From: an uncultured archaeon
Lineage (GTDB): Archaea; Asgardarchaeota; Thorarchaeia; Thorarchaeales; Thorarchaeaceae
Direction: 5' to 3'
NCBI GenBank assembly: GCA_964354495.1
Contig: CAYHAA010000002.1
Coordinates: forward strand, 180,001-212,000
DNA: 32,000 nt
In this document: in pieces, positions 9,476 through 19,597 of the stretch
Layout of the letters: every line of letters starts with the position of its first letter
Position numbering within the stretch: position 1 is the stretch's first letter
Made by a program: the position numbers and the translations under genes
The notes under the pieces: model-generated
Database searches by the model: none
Told to the model about the DNA's origin: nothing
What the model saw: only the letters and a program-made list of their open reading frames with translations

Positions 9476-12334
9476 ATGTTCCTGCTGTCGCGTCTTTCAG
9501 CAAGAGCACCAGAAGTGATTACAACTTTGGTAATATTCTCACTATCCAGCGGAGTACTTGGAGGCGTGCTGTTCTATATGGACTCAGCTTCTCCTGACGT
9601 CCTGGACGACATGACATCAGATGTGCCGATTGATATGCAGGTCTCATTCACTCCCCCGTTTTACGCACAGAATTGGACCAATCCAAATAGTACAACGATG
9701 GAAGATATCGAGAACGGTGTGTCTGCTCAGGATTTCGTCATATCTACTGAGAGAGTTGTTTTTGCAGAAGTAGAAGATTGGAATGAGGAAGACTACCGAT
9801 ATGCTAGGAAGGGCTTCCTTGGTGCAGACTATGGTGCTTTCCAGAGTTTCGCTGATGCAATTGATGTTAGAGTTGAAGCCCTGTCATACGATGACAACTC
9901 ATGCATTCTGGAGAGGTCACTCTTTCTGAGAATTGGTGCAGAGATTGGCGACAATTTCACGCTTAGTATGACAGTATACAACAGCACCTGGGAATTGGTG
10001 GAGTTAGAGAGGACGTTCATAGTCGTAGGAACATTCACATCGAATATCTATATGAATGAAATGTTCTGGGACCAGCCAGAGGCCACATACCTGCAGATGA
10101 TTACAACGCCAGAAGCAATAAATGCCACCTTCAGTATTCTCGGTCATGGACAGTATTACGGAGTCCAAGACAAGATTTGGGTCAAGTTCGACCATACAGT
10201 CATTATCCAATCAGACATAGCGAGTGTGGAGGAGTCTCTTCTCAATGTCAAGAGACGGGTTGAAAATGAGTATCTTCCCTACGTGATAATCAATTACAAT
10301 GATTTCCAGCTCATGGATGCAGTCTATGAATATACCATCTGGTCCGTCAGTATGAGGGCAATTGCTTTAGCATTCTCACTTCCAACCATTATGATGGGGA
10401 TGATGCTAATCCAGTATAATACTAGATTACTTGCTGATTCTCAGAGGAGGGATGTTGGTACTCTCAAGACAAGAGGCTCCTCAGGCATGCAAGCTTCTTC
10501 ATGGGTGCTCAGCAATGCACTTGCGACAGGATTCCTAGGAAGCATTGGTGCTGTTTGCACGGGCATTGCTGCTGCAATACTGTCGAGCACAGTGAAGGAA
10601 TTACTTGTGTTTGACCTAGAGCATCTTGCGGGCTTTACTATCCTTCTTCAGCCTATTGCTGTTGCTGCAGTGTTTTTCTTCTCCTTCATAGTAGGAATCA
10701 TAGTTGCTTTGCCTGCCGCAGTCAAAGCGTTACTTATGACACCCTCAGAGGCTCACGCCTCACTTGAGAGTGCAACCCTCTCAGATTCGGAGAAGACGGG
10801 AAGCCCTATTACAGATCTATTGATGATTGGCATAGCAGGTTGGCTGCTCTTTCCAATGATGAGTATGCTTGCCTATTTAGGGATGGGCGCTTTTGGGTCA
10901 TATGCGGCGGTAGCAGTGATTATTCCAATACTAGGTATCTTTCTCTTTGGATTCGTGCGTCTGCTGTCAAGACCCACTGCCGCAATCAAGGCCAAGATAC
11001 TTGGGAGAATGAGGCGGCCATCTCTTATTGTAGGCTTGCGACTGATGGCAAGGACAGTCCTAATGTTCAAGAAGTCGGAGGCGATGGGCACAATGTTTGT
11101 TGCCATGGTATTCATAGCCGGTATCTTCGCCTCGATTTCAGCGACGACAGGAAATGTCCATATGAAACAGGTCTTCATGTTTCAGACAGGAGCTGACATT
11201 GTCGTTGATGTTGATGCAAGCTTCACCAATATCACGCTGGACCTTCTGGAAAACATCAGCAGCGTTGACGGAGTTGCTCATGTAAGCCCGATGCTTCGTA
11301 CAACTGCCTATGTGCTGTACTCGGACTCGTCTTACTATGGATACCAGGAGTACTACAACCGTACAATTACTGTCTTCGGAGTGGATCCGGACACTTGGAT
11401 AGAATCAGCGTTCTGGTTGAGCTACTTCTCATATTATGCGCCGCCCAGTGTGTCGATTCCGCTACTCTCAGAGCCAGCACTCGATGGCATAAATGTAATC
11501 ACATCTTTCAAGCCGATCGATCACTATACTATCGATTCCACCGGACATCCGCAGCCAGTGTATTCCAATTTTATAGAATTGCAGATTATCACTCCCGATT
11601 CCAGAGACATAACCTCATGCACCATTGTGGATGTGCTGGCTGCAGCTATCAGCAATTATCCGGGTGTGACATATCTTCCTGGTGAACCTGATGCTACTGA
11701 TTTCCTAGTAGCTGACCTCGAGTTCATTCATTCGAGCTATAACACGACTCAGGTCTCGAAGTTCTATGTCGACCTAGTGCCTGATGCAAATTACACTAGA
11801 GTGATCAACGATATCCACGCCATCGCGCCGTACGCTTTCAATGATATCGAGTCGCCCTTCACCAATATCGATGACGTCCTCGCATCAAGGGGGACTCAGT
11901 CCATAAATGGAGCATATACTCTGAATGTGATATTCTCTTTGGTCTATTTGACAATAGGCATATCAATCGTAAGTTTAGTGCGAGTGAGAGGACTCAGGAA
12001 GCAACTCTCAGTGATTCGTGCTCTTGGTGCGCCGAACAAGTCAATAATCGTGGCATCTCTCTCTGAAACCAGCATTGGCTTGCTTATCGCGGCAGCAATT
12101 GGTTCGATAGTCGGTGTTTCTCTTGCTTACCTATTGATGAACTTGCCGCTCATCTATATGGGTGTGGCCACTGCCAGCGTGTGGTTGCGTCTGCCGGTCT
12201 TTCTGCAGATACCTATTCCACTGCTGCTGACAATAATCGTTGTGTCAGTTGGGGTTGCTTTGGCTGCCACATACTTCATACTTATTCGAATCTTGGGTCT
12301 GAACATTGCAGAAGAAATACAATACAATGAGTGA
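9476..12334 (+). CDS. Double-FtsX-like ABC permease, type B copy 1
   Basis: FtsX segments RRDVGTLKTRGSS and RKQLSVIRALGAP; TGADIVV motif at the start of the second extracytoplasmic domain; abuts the upstream stop. Confidence 0.85.
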   Translation: MFLLSRLSARAPEVITTLVIFSLSSGVLGGVLFYMDSASPDVLDDMTSDVPIDMQVSFTPPFYAQNWTNPNSTTMEDIENGVSAQDFVISTERVVFAEVEDWNEEDYRYARKGFLGADYGAFQSFADAIDVRVEALSYDDNSCILERSLFLRIGAEIGDNFTLSMTVYNSTWELVELERTFIVVGTFTSNIYMNEMFWDQPEATYLQMITTPEAINATFSILGHGQYYGVQDKIWVKFDHTVIIQSDIASVEESLLNVKRRVENEYLPYVIINYNDFQLMDAVYEYTIWSVSMRAIALAFSLPTIMMGMMLIQYNTRLLADSQRRDVGTLKTRGSSGMQASSWVLSNALATGFLGSIGAVCTGIAAAILSSTVKELLVFDLEHLAGFTILLQPIAVAAVFFFSFIVGIIVALPAAVKALLMTPSEAHASLESATLSDSEKTGSPITDLLMIGIAGWLLFPMMSMLAYLGMGAFGSYAAVAVIIPILGIFLFGFVRLLSRPTAAIKAKILGRMRRPSLIVGLRLMARTVLMFKKSEAMGTMFVAMVFIAGIFASISATTGNVHMKQVFMFQTGADIVVDVDASFTNITLDLLENISSVDGVAHVSPMLRTTAYVLYSDSSYYGYQEYYNRTITVFGVDPDTWIESAFWLSYFSYYAPPSVSIPLLSEPALDGINVITSFKPIDHYTIDSTGHPQPVYSNFIELQIITPDSRDITSCTIVDVLAAAISNYPGVTYLPGEPDATDFLVADLEFIHSSYNTTQVSKFYVDLVPDANYTRVINDIHAIAPYAFNDIESPFTNIDDVLASRGTQSINGAYTLNVIFSLVYLTIGISIVSLVRVRGLRKQLSVIRALGAPNKSIIVASLSETSIGLLIAAAIGSIVGVSLAYLLMNLPLIYMGVATASVWLRLPVFLQIPIPLLLTIIVVSVGVALAATYFILIRILGLNIAEEIQYNE

Positions 12335-12339
12335 TTATC

Positions 12340-13230
12340 ATGTCGGAAAACCTTGACCAAATCTCGGAACAATACAAAATAGTGGTGAGAGACCTCATGA
12401 AGGTCTATAGGAGGGGTCAAAAGGAAGTCATCGCACTGCGAGGAGTTGACTTTGAGGTCAGTGGGGGGGAATTCCTTTCGATAATTGGCCCATCGGGCAG
12501 CGGGAAGTCAACTCTGCTCAAGATGCTTGGAGCTTTGGACAAGCCAACAGCCGGAGTAATACTCTATGACGGTCATAGTGTCAATGCGTTGGATGATCGT
12601 CGTTCAATGCTTTATCGACGACAGAAAGTTGGATTCGTTTGGCAGATTGGAAACCTAGTTCCAGGGCTTAGCGCCCTCAGGAATGTAATTCTGCCGATGA
12701 AGCTTGCAGGGGCACCATCAAGCGCTTCGACTGAACGAGCCACCATGCTTCTTGAAACTCTGGGGCTTGGCGACAGAATGAATCATAAGCCCAACCAGCT
12801 ATCAGGAGGCGAGAACCAACGTGTGGCAATCTGTGTTGCCCTCGCTAACAGCCCTGAATTGCTTCTAGGTGATGAGATTACGGGAGAGCTGGACTCCGAA
12901 ACCACAGAGGTTGTAATGGACTCGCTGAAGAGAACAAACAAGGAGTTCGGCACTACCGTGATTAATGTCACTCATAATCCAAAGGTCGCTGAATACGCCG
13001 ATAGAGTTCTCAGGATTCGTGATGGTCTGATTGAGGGTCAGAAGCACATCCTATATGGTGACATCACTGAGATTGATGCAAAGGGAAGGATGGTCATACC
13101 GGATACAGTTCGCCGACTTGCAGGACTCGGCAAGAGAGTCGTCCTACGAGCAACCTCCGATGGGCTTCTCATCAGTCCCCTCGACACGAGTGGCGAAACT
13201 GGTGACAATCATGAAGTTGCATCAGAGTGA
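12340..13230 (+). CDS. ABC transporter ATP-binding protein (LolD/MacB-like) with C-terminal AbrB/MraZ-like swapped-hairpin domain
   Basis: GPSGSGKS, LSGGENQR, LLGDEITGELD, VTHN. The C-terminal EIDAKGRMVIPDTVRRLAGL resembles the AbrB N-terminus (VDELGRVVIP..LRR.LGI). Confidence 0.88.
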   Translation: MSENLDQISEQYKIVVRDLMKVYRRGQKEVIALRGVDFEVSGGEFLSIIGPSGSGKSTLLKMLGALDKPTAGVILYDGHSVNALDDRRSMLYRRQKVGFVWQIGNLVPGLSALRNVILPMKLAGAPSSASTERATMLLETLGLGDRMNHKPNQLSGGENQRVAICVALANSPELLLGDEITGELDSETTEVVMDSLKRTNKEFGTTVINVTHNPKVAEYADRVLRIRDGLIEGQKHILYGDITEIDAKGRMVIPDTVRRLAGLGKRVVLRATSDGLLISPLDTSGETGDNHEVASE

Positions 13231-13279
13231 AACATGAGCAATCTCTATATCGGAGTAAGTGAACCGGAGGTCAGGGACG

Positions 13280-13516
13280 ATGATGGAAAACAAACAGAAG
13301 ATGCCATGGTCATTCTACTCCACGCTCGCATCCTTCGGAGTGTTCTTTGCTTCCGCAAATATGTATATTCTGACAACATGGCTTGATCATCCATTCAAAT
13401 CGGACCTCTGGCTTATTGGTGGCGTCATAGGTCTTGTGTTGTTGGTGTATTCAATTCACATGGTTAGAAGACATCAACAAGAGTTGATTGAGAAGAAGCG
13501 ACTTGAAGGCACTTGA
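13280..13516 (+). CDS. Small two-TM membrane protein inside the ABC locus
   Basis: 78 aa from ATG 13280 with GGAGG upstream; two hydrophobic helices and a basic/charged C-terminal tail. Confidence 0.65.
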   Translation: MMENKQKMPWSFYSTLASFGVFFASANMYILTTWLDHPFKSDLWLIGGVIGLVLLVYSIHMVRRHQQELIEKKRLEGT

Positions 13517-13620
13517 CAGTTACAATGGCGCAATCAGGTACTATTTTATGCCGGTCATTTGTGTTCTCACCGAGCAAGGAGGCTTGAACACAGCACTTGC
13601 ATTCAACCTTTGACTCACCC

Positions 13621-16359
13621 ATGACGCCTCTGAAAAGAAGAACTGTGACTCTTCTTTGTTTTCTAACCGCAGCTTCGATTCTCTCATCCATCTTCATCTA
13701 TGTCGACTCCAGCTCGCTAACGACGTGGTCAGAATGCAACGAGGATGTGGGACCAGTCGCAATGAGAGTTATAGGAGATGATCTTCAACTGGCCCTCGAT
13801 GAAATAAGAGGCATTGCTCACGTCACGCAGGCAAGTCTTGTCGAGACTGCTCCTGCCTATCTTAGAATGGATAAGAATCAAGTCTATGTTGGTTCTCCGG
13901 ACGATCCTGCCAATCCCACATTCCTGTTACAGGGGAATGCATATGCTCTTAGCGACGATTTTATTGTCAATTTTCCCGAGGAATTTGAGATAGTGGAAGG
14001 AAGGTATCCGCAGAACTCCTCAGAGATAGCATTAACATATGCAGACGCAGCAGAGTGGAATATACCCATAGGGCGAATGATGAACTACACACATACTCTG
14101 AATGGAGAGAAGCGCACGATATTTGTTGTCGGGTTTTTTAAGCTAGAATACTATGATGCAATGAGGTATGCGACTGCAAAAATCATAGCCATTGTAGCAT
14201 CAGATGTGCTGAATCCATTAGCAATTAAGACATTGGGCTACATAGATGTTGATAGGGACATCCTATCACCACTAGATCCTAGAGGCAGCCTCGGTCTGCT
14301 TCTTGGAATCGAGAATAGCATTACTCGTGCTAGTCCGAGTGATTTGTCATATTCAGACTACTACGTTGACAACTATCTTGCAATGGGTGTACAATCGTAT
14401 CTGGATTCCCTGAATCTTCAGAGAATCAGACAAATCTCCAGAACACAAGCCCTTCTCCTGCTCGCAGGAATATTGAGCTTTCTCGCTGTACGATTCAATA
14501 TTACATCGCGCGAAGCTGAGATGGAGTTTCACATGATGAGAGGAGCCTCTAGAATTAGGATTCTGAGGTCGACTATGGTTGAATTGTGGATACTATCAAT
14601 CCTGTCAAGCGCACTATCCATTGTCCTGGGCCTTTTTCTAAGCGGACTCGCAGGAAGCTCGAATGGCTATCTTGACTTCAGTCTTGAAGATTCATTTGGT
14701 AGTCCACTACTTCTTACCAATGACACCGTAATCGCACTCGGACTCACGGGCCTCGCTCTGCCCGCAATTGGATACTTGACTCACAAAACAATCCGGACTG
14801 GCACTAGTGTAGAGACTGAACACAGTCAACTTGCAAAGCTTGTAAGAAACATTCGACTCGTCCGTTGGGATGTCGCTACCGTTCTGCTCGTCGTTCTGTT
14901 GATATTGACAATGTATATTGGCGGTCAGAACGTTAGCGGAAATGCAGCCCTTCTGCTCTTAGCCAGTTTCGTACCAATTCCGCTCTTCCTAGCTATTGCC
15001 AGCATGTTCAAGAAAAGCATCGTTCCGCTGACAAAGCCACTCTCCCGTCTTCTGGGTAATGTTACCGGCAAGATATCTGCGACTGTTGGCATTCGAGGCG
15101 TCGCTATTAGTGACAATATGGCGCTTCCCGTCATCTTGATCGTGTCACTCGTACTTTCATCATGTTTCATAAGTAATGTAGTAGCGACCAGTCTGCCCAA
15201 TACTCATCTCTTCCAGACAAGGTACCTTATCGGTGGAGACCTATCGTTTCATCTAGACAATGGAGAATCAGCCAGATGGAGTGACTTTAGCGAAGCTGTT
15301 CTACAACAGGAGGATGCGGTATCAGCCTCACTTGTTTCAATGGGACTCCTTTCACTATCGGAAGGAATTGAAGGAATCGTGGAATTCATCGCAATTAGCC
15401 CGGAGCAATATCGTCATGTTGGATACAGTCACACAGGGGAGGAACTAGATAGCTCAAGTCAGAATGAGCTCTTGCTGGATCTTGAGGTGAATCCGGAGGG
15501 AGCTATTCTTACATCGGACATAGCATCAGAATACAATCTTGTCCTTGGGGATACGTTGCGAGCGTTTTCTTTTGGGGATACCTCAATCACTACTGAATTC
15601 AACATCGTTGGCGTAACAGATGCTATTCCACGGCCAAAGGTGATTTCCCAGGTCACATCGGAGTCTGTGGTAGGTACGAGGAAAGTATGGCTCAACCGCA
15701 GTCATCTAGGAGCCCTAGTCGATTTGAATGCCACAGCCGAAACCTTCCTCTGTGTTAGGGTGTCTCATAATGCCAACGCTACAGAGATTGGCAAAGATGC
15801 ACTAGTGGACTATGAGTCGGTAATCCATTCCCAGAACGAGTGGTCATCAGCCACAGCTGAATTGGACTCCTTCTACGCACTACCAAGTTACAGCATCGAC
15901 AGAGCAATTGATAACATGCTAACTATCAATCTGGCATTTTGCATGTTTGCAGTTCTCATTGCATTTCAGGTCAATAGACAATGCATTGACAGAGGAAGCA
16001 ACGCTCTTCTCAAATTGATGGGCGCCCCCAGGAAATTGCTAGTGAGAACTCGCTGTGCAGAGGTGTTGGCCGTTATTCTCTTCAGTTTCTTTCTCGTGGC
16101 AATATTCAGCTCAATCAGCATAGCAAACACTCTTAGAATTGAGCTACTCGAATATAGTACATGGCTCTATACATTCCCAGTATCGATTTTTGCATTCGCA
16201 AATTGGAGCAGCTACCTCTGGGTCGCCTTGTTCCTGCTTGTGCCATCAATAGTACTAACAACTGCTTTGTCGATAAGGAGTGACGAGGGAAGTATTGCTG
16301 GTGTGCTGGACGATATAGAATCGTCTCGCAAGACTCGTTTTGTAGGAGAGTCTGATTGA
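13621..16359 (+). CDS. Double-FtsX-like ABC permease, type A copy 2 (paralog of 6695-9475)
   Basis: Colinear similarity to copy 1: VT(I/L)LCFL.A....I..YVDS, DVG.VA..V.G.D, IRWD, GGDLSF/GSDLSF, GAI(I/L)TSDIA..Y.L..GD.LRA. The likely start is ATG 13621. Confidence 0.82.
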   Translation: MTPLKRRTVTLLCFLTAASILSSIFIYVDSSSLTTWSECNEDVGPVAMRVIGDDLQLALDEIRGIAHVTQASLVETAPAYLRMDKNQVYVGSPDDPANPTFLLQGNAYALSDDFIVNFPEEFEIVEGRYPQNSSEIALTYADAAEWNIPIGRMMNYTHTLNGEKRTIFVVGFFKLEYYDAMRYATAKIIAIVASDVLNPLAIKTLGYIDVDRDILSPLDPRGSLGLLLGIENSITRASPSDLSYSDYYVDNYLAMGVQSYLDSLNLQRIRQISRTQALLLLAGILSFLAVRFNITSREAEMEFHMMRGASRIRILRSTMVELWILSILSSALSIVLGLFLSGLAGSSNGYLDFSLEDSFGSPLLLTNDTVIALGLTGLALPAIGYLTHKTIRTGTSVETEHSQLAKLVRNIRLVRWDVATVLLVVLLILTMYIGGQNVSGNAALLLLASFVPIPLFLAIASMFKKSIVPLTKPLSRLLGNVTGKISATVGIRGVAISDNMALPVILIVSLVLSSCFISNVVATSLPNTHLFQTRYLIGGDLSFHLDNGESARWSDFSEAVLQQEDAVSASLVSMGLLSLSEGIEGIVEFIAISPEQYRHVGYSHTGEELDSSSQNELLLDLEVNPEGAILTSDIASEYNLVLGDTLRAFSFGDTSITTEFNIVGVTDAIPRPKVISQVTSESVVGTRKVWLNRSHLGALVDLNATAETFLCVRVSHNANATEIGKDALVDYESVIHSQNEWSSATAELDSFYALPSYSIDRAIDNMLTINLAFCMFAVLIAFQVNRQCIDRGSNALLKLMGAPRKLLVRTRCAEVLAVILFSFFLVAIFSSISIANTLRIELLEYSTWLYTFPVSIFAFANWSSYLWVALFLLVPSIVLTTALSIRSDEGSIAGVLDDIESSRKTRFVGESD

Positions 16360-19199
16360 TGTACCTATCATCGAGAATAAGATCAAGTGCACCAGAGATT
16401 CTTGTTGCATTCTTGATTTTCTCTCTCTCTACGGGAGTTGTTGGAGGAGTCCTTCTTTATGTCGACAGTATAGGACCTGATGTCCTGGCTGAAATGTCCG
16501 AGGAAGTCGTTGTGGACATGCAGGTCTACTTCTATTCACCGTTTTACGAGCAGAACACCTCGACTGTTGAGACATACAGGGACATAGTTCTGAATCAAGA
16601 CTACATCATGGGAGCTGAGTGCATATCGTTCATAGAGATAAATGACCCTGATGCAAGTCGGAGTGAGTACACGAAAAGTGCCATTCTAGGAATCGAAGAG
16701 AGCTTCGAGAACTCATTTCCCAAAGCCATAGATATGTCTGAGGGCAACACGCCGCTCAATGAAACCAACTGCTATGTCCTAGAATCCAGATTAGTGAATG
16801 ATGGTCTAGCAATAGGTGACAATTACACAGCATCTATACCCTCAGATGGAGGCACCTTGGAGAAAACATTTGTCATCGCAGGCACTTTCGAGTCCAATGT
16901 TTTTCTCAGAAGACTTTCATACGATTCACCAGTATTCTCCTACCTGCACGTCGTGATTCTCAGAAGCACACTCCTCAATGAATTCTCAAGTTTGGAGCAC
17001 TCGGAGCAAGACAGCATTGTGGATCGAATTTGGGTTAGAATCGACTCTGGAGAGCTGCTGCTAGAGGATCCTTCATCAATTCTGACTCTCTTGCGGGCAA
17101 CAGAAAAGCAAATTGAACAGAAGACACTTCCTGATGCCTCCGTTGTTGAATTTGCGCTCGTATCAATATTCTATGAATACTCGACATGGACAACTTCAAT
17201 GAGAATCATTTCTTTTGCATTTTCAATACCGTCGATTATTATGGCCGTGATGCTGATACAATACAATTCTAGTCTTGAGTCTGAGCAACAGAGGCGGAGT
17301 GTTGGAGCATTGAAGACTCGTGGTGCCTCTGGCATTCAAGCGACTAGATGGATAATGAGCATGTCTCTATTCACAGGTTTCGTGGGCAGTATGGGTGCTA
17401 TAATGACTGGACTTGCATCAGCTGTCATTGCAGGAGGGGTGCGGGAACTTGTGGTGTTCGACATCTCTCTAATCAGTAGCTTTGTCGTTGTTCTCCGGCC
17501 GCAGTCGATCATCATCCTGTTCCTCTTTTCATTTGCCGCAGGCCTGCTTGTAACAACGCCGACCGCAATTCGTGCATTCTTGATGTCGCCAACTGAAGCT
17601 CACAGTGTCGTGGGCCACGAAGACGAGGCGCAAGAGAAAAGAATGAGCAACCCTGTCTATCAAGCTCTTGCAGTCGGTATTTCGGGGCTCCTCCTCATTC
17701 CTCTAGTTGGGAGCCTAGGATCTTTTGCGGACCTATCTGCAAGTTCAGCGCTGATTGGAATCACGTTCGTCATTGCACTGGCAACATTCATTGTGGGCTT
17801 GACATTTCTGCTTGCCAGACCTTCAGCAGATCTGAAAGCGAGTATCCTATTGCGTATCAAGAAACACTCGCTAATTGTGGGCTGCAGATTATTGGGAAGA
17901 AACGTTGTCACGTACACAAGGAGTGAAACTATAGCTGTTGTGTTCATATCCCTCGTGTTTACAGCGGGTGTTTTCTCAGCTATCGCTGCCACCTCAGGTA
18001 GCGAGCACATGAAGGGCCTCTTTATGTTCGAAGTAGGCGCAGATGTTGTCATGGATGTTCAACCGGGGCTGTCCAATGTTACGCTAGACATGATTGATGA
18101 TATCATGTCTGTTGAGGGAGTGTCTCAGGCAAGTGGATTCATGAGAACGATGGCAAGAGTGACCTATCTAATGGACTGGGATGGGCACTTGACTCCCTTC
18201 AATAGGTCATTGGTCATTTATGGAGTGCAGCCAAATGAGTTTGCTGAGGCAGCATTTCTAAGACCTGATTTTGCGTACTACGGAGACCCAAGGTCAGCCA
18301 TCCCGCTTCTAGAACAATCAGAAGAGAATGCAATCACTAATTTCAAGCCAATTGTCGAGTACGACACGGATTGGATTGGCAATTTATACCCGGTCCTATC
18401 GGATCATGTGGGTGTTGAATTGATTGGGCCATCAGGAAAACACACTTTGAATTGCACGATAGTTGACGTGCTGGCATCGACACCAGGCACGCTAGCACAG
18501 GGTATCTATTGGGGATCGTCATTCCGAGGAACGACATACCTACCTGGTGAAGATGATGACACTCAATTTGTGATGTTGGATATCAGTACGCTACACGAGT
18601 ACCTCAATGTTTCCTATGTCAACAGATTCTACATAGACCTTGTGCCTGATGCTAACTACACTAGGGTCATGCAGGAATTAGGCGGTATTGCTCCCTTCAG
18701 TTTCGCTGATATATCGTCACCATTTACTCAGATTGATGCAATCCTGAATTCAAGAGCAGGCGAATCAATCTATGGAGCATACACATTGAACATCCTCTTT
18801 TCAATTCTCTACCTGACTGCGGGAACTACATTAGTTGTCACCATGAAGGTGAGAACGCTCAGGAAACAATTCTCACTCCTCCGAGCCCTTGGCTCTCAGC
18901 CTGGGCACATTCTCAAAGCTATGCTTTCAGACTCTGTTATTGGTGTGATTCTCGGAGCCATCGTAGGTGGAATCGTTGGTTCTGTTCTATCGTTTGTTGT
19001 CATGCAGATGCCATTGACATATCTCGGACTGTCCACGGAGGTTTCGTGGGGCAGACTTCCGCTTATGATATCGGTGCCATTCATCCTAATCGCAGAGATA
19101 CTGACTCTAGCAGTCTTGTTCTCAATGGCTGCCACTTATTTGGTGGTGCGAAAAGGCCTGCAGGCGAATATTGCTGAGGATATTCAGCATTCGGAGTAG
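16359..19199 (+). CDS. Double-FtsX-like ABC permease, type B copy 2 (paralog of 9476-12334)
   Basis: Colinear similarity to copy 1: APE....IFSLS.GV.GGVL.Y.DS..PDVL..M, VG.LKTRG, FY.DLVPDANYTRV, GAYTLN..FS..YL. The ATG overlaps the upstream TGA (TGATG). Confidence 0.85.
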   Translation: MYLSSRIRSSAPEILVAFLIFSLSTGVVGGVLLYVDSIGPDVLAEMSEEVVVDMQVYFYSPFYEQNTSTVETYRDIVLNQDYIMGAECISFIEINDPDASRSEYTKSAILGIEESFENSFPKAIDMSEGNTPLNETNCYVLESRLVNDGLAIGDNYTASIPSDGGTLEKTFVIAGTFESNVFLRRLSYDSPVFSYLHVVILRSTLLNEFSSLEHSEQDSIVDRIWVRIDSGELLLEDPSSILTLLRATEKQIEQKTLPDASVVEFALVSIFYEYSTWTTSMRIISFAFSIPSIIMAVMLIQYNSSLESEQQRRSVGALKTRGASGIQATRWIMSMSLFTGFVGSMGAIMTGLASAVIAGGVRELVVFDISLISSFVVVLRPQSIIILFLFSFAAGLLVTTPTAIRAFLMSPTEAHSVVGHEDEAQEKRMSNPVYQALAVGISGLLLIPLVGSLGSFADLSASSALIGITFVIALATFIVGLTFLLARPSADLKASILLRIKKHSLIVGCRLLGRNVVTYTRSETIAVVFISLVFTAGVFSAIAATSGSEHMKGLFMFEVGADVVMDVQPGLSNVTLDMIDDIMSVEGVSQASGFMRTMARVTYLMDWDGHLTPFNRSLVIYGVQPNEFAEAAFLRPDFAYYGDPRSAIPLLEQSEENAITNFKPIVEYDTDWIGNLYPVLSDHVGVELIGPSGKHTLNCTIVDVLASTPGTLAQGIYWGSSFRGTTYLPGEDDDTQFVMLDISTLHEYLNVSYVNRFYIDLVPDANYTRVMQELGGIAPFSFADISSPFTQIDAILNSRAGESIYGAYTLNILFSILYLTAGTTLVVTMKVRTLRKQFSLLRALGSQPGHILKAMLSDSVIGVILGAIVGGIVGSVLSFVVMQMPLTYLGLSTEVSWGRLPLMISVPFILIAEILTLAVLFSMAATYLVVRKGLQANIAEDIQHSE

Positions 19200-19480
19200 C
19201 TGAAGTGATCTTTTCATCGGGCCCACTAGCGGATGCCCCGTGCAGACACTGCAGGATACATGAGGCCAGTCTGTCCATCGTCCGCCGCCAGCTATCAACG
19301 AACATGGACTTGAATCTTGCAGCCAATCGATGCAAGCATTCAGAGAGAAAAGTGGAAAAAAAAGTTCGCAAGGATTGTTCCTTCATAGCAGAACCACTTT
19401 TGACTGATGACGCTTACAAATAGCTAGGGGCAAATCCTTTGAAATGGAAGTGTCTTCTTGATATCATATGTAGAGAAGAG

Positions 19481-19588
19481 ATGATGTCCGAGAAAACACC
19501 TGAAGAAACTAAGGCAGCTGTTAAGAAGACGGCCAAGAAAGCGGCTACTAAGAAAACGACTGCAAAGAAAACAACCAAGAAGAAGTAG
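19481..19588 (+). CDS. 35-aa Lys/Ala/Thr-rich basic micro-protein resembling a histone H1 tail (missing from the ORF track)
   Basis: Translates as MMSEKTPEETKAAVKKTAKKAATKKTTAKKTTKKK (13 Lys, 3 Glu). Repeats are conserved in protein but vary at third codon positions, and oligo-T tracts follow the stop. Confidence 0.72.
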   Translation: MMSEKTPEETKAAVKKTAKKAATKKTTAKKTTKKK

Positions 19589-19597
19589 GAACTCTAC

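Noticed and set aside
19260-19320. Possible SECIS-like element (ATGA...AA...GA) after the last permease
   Set aside because: The bases following ATGA do not pair with those preceding GA to form the required stem, and no upstream gene has an in-frame TGA.
19205-19423. 72-aa plus-strand ORF with CRHC
   Set aside because: GTG start without a clear SD and no recognisable fold. It is in frame with the H1-like ORF but separated by a TAG, with nothing to support read-through.
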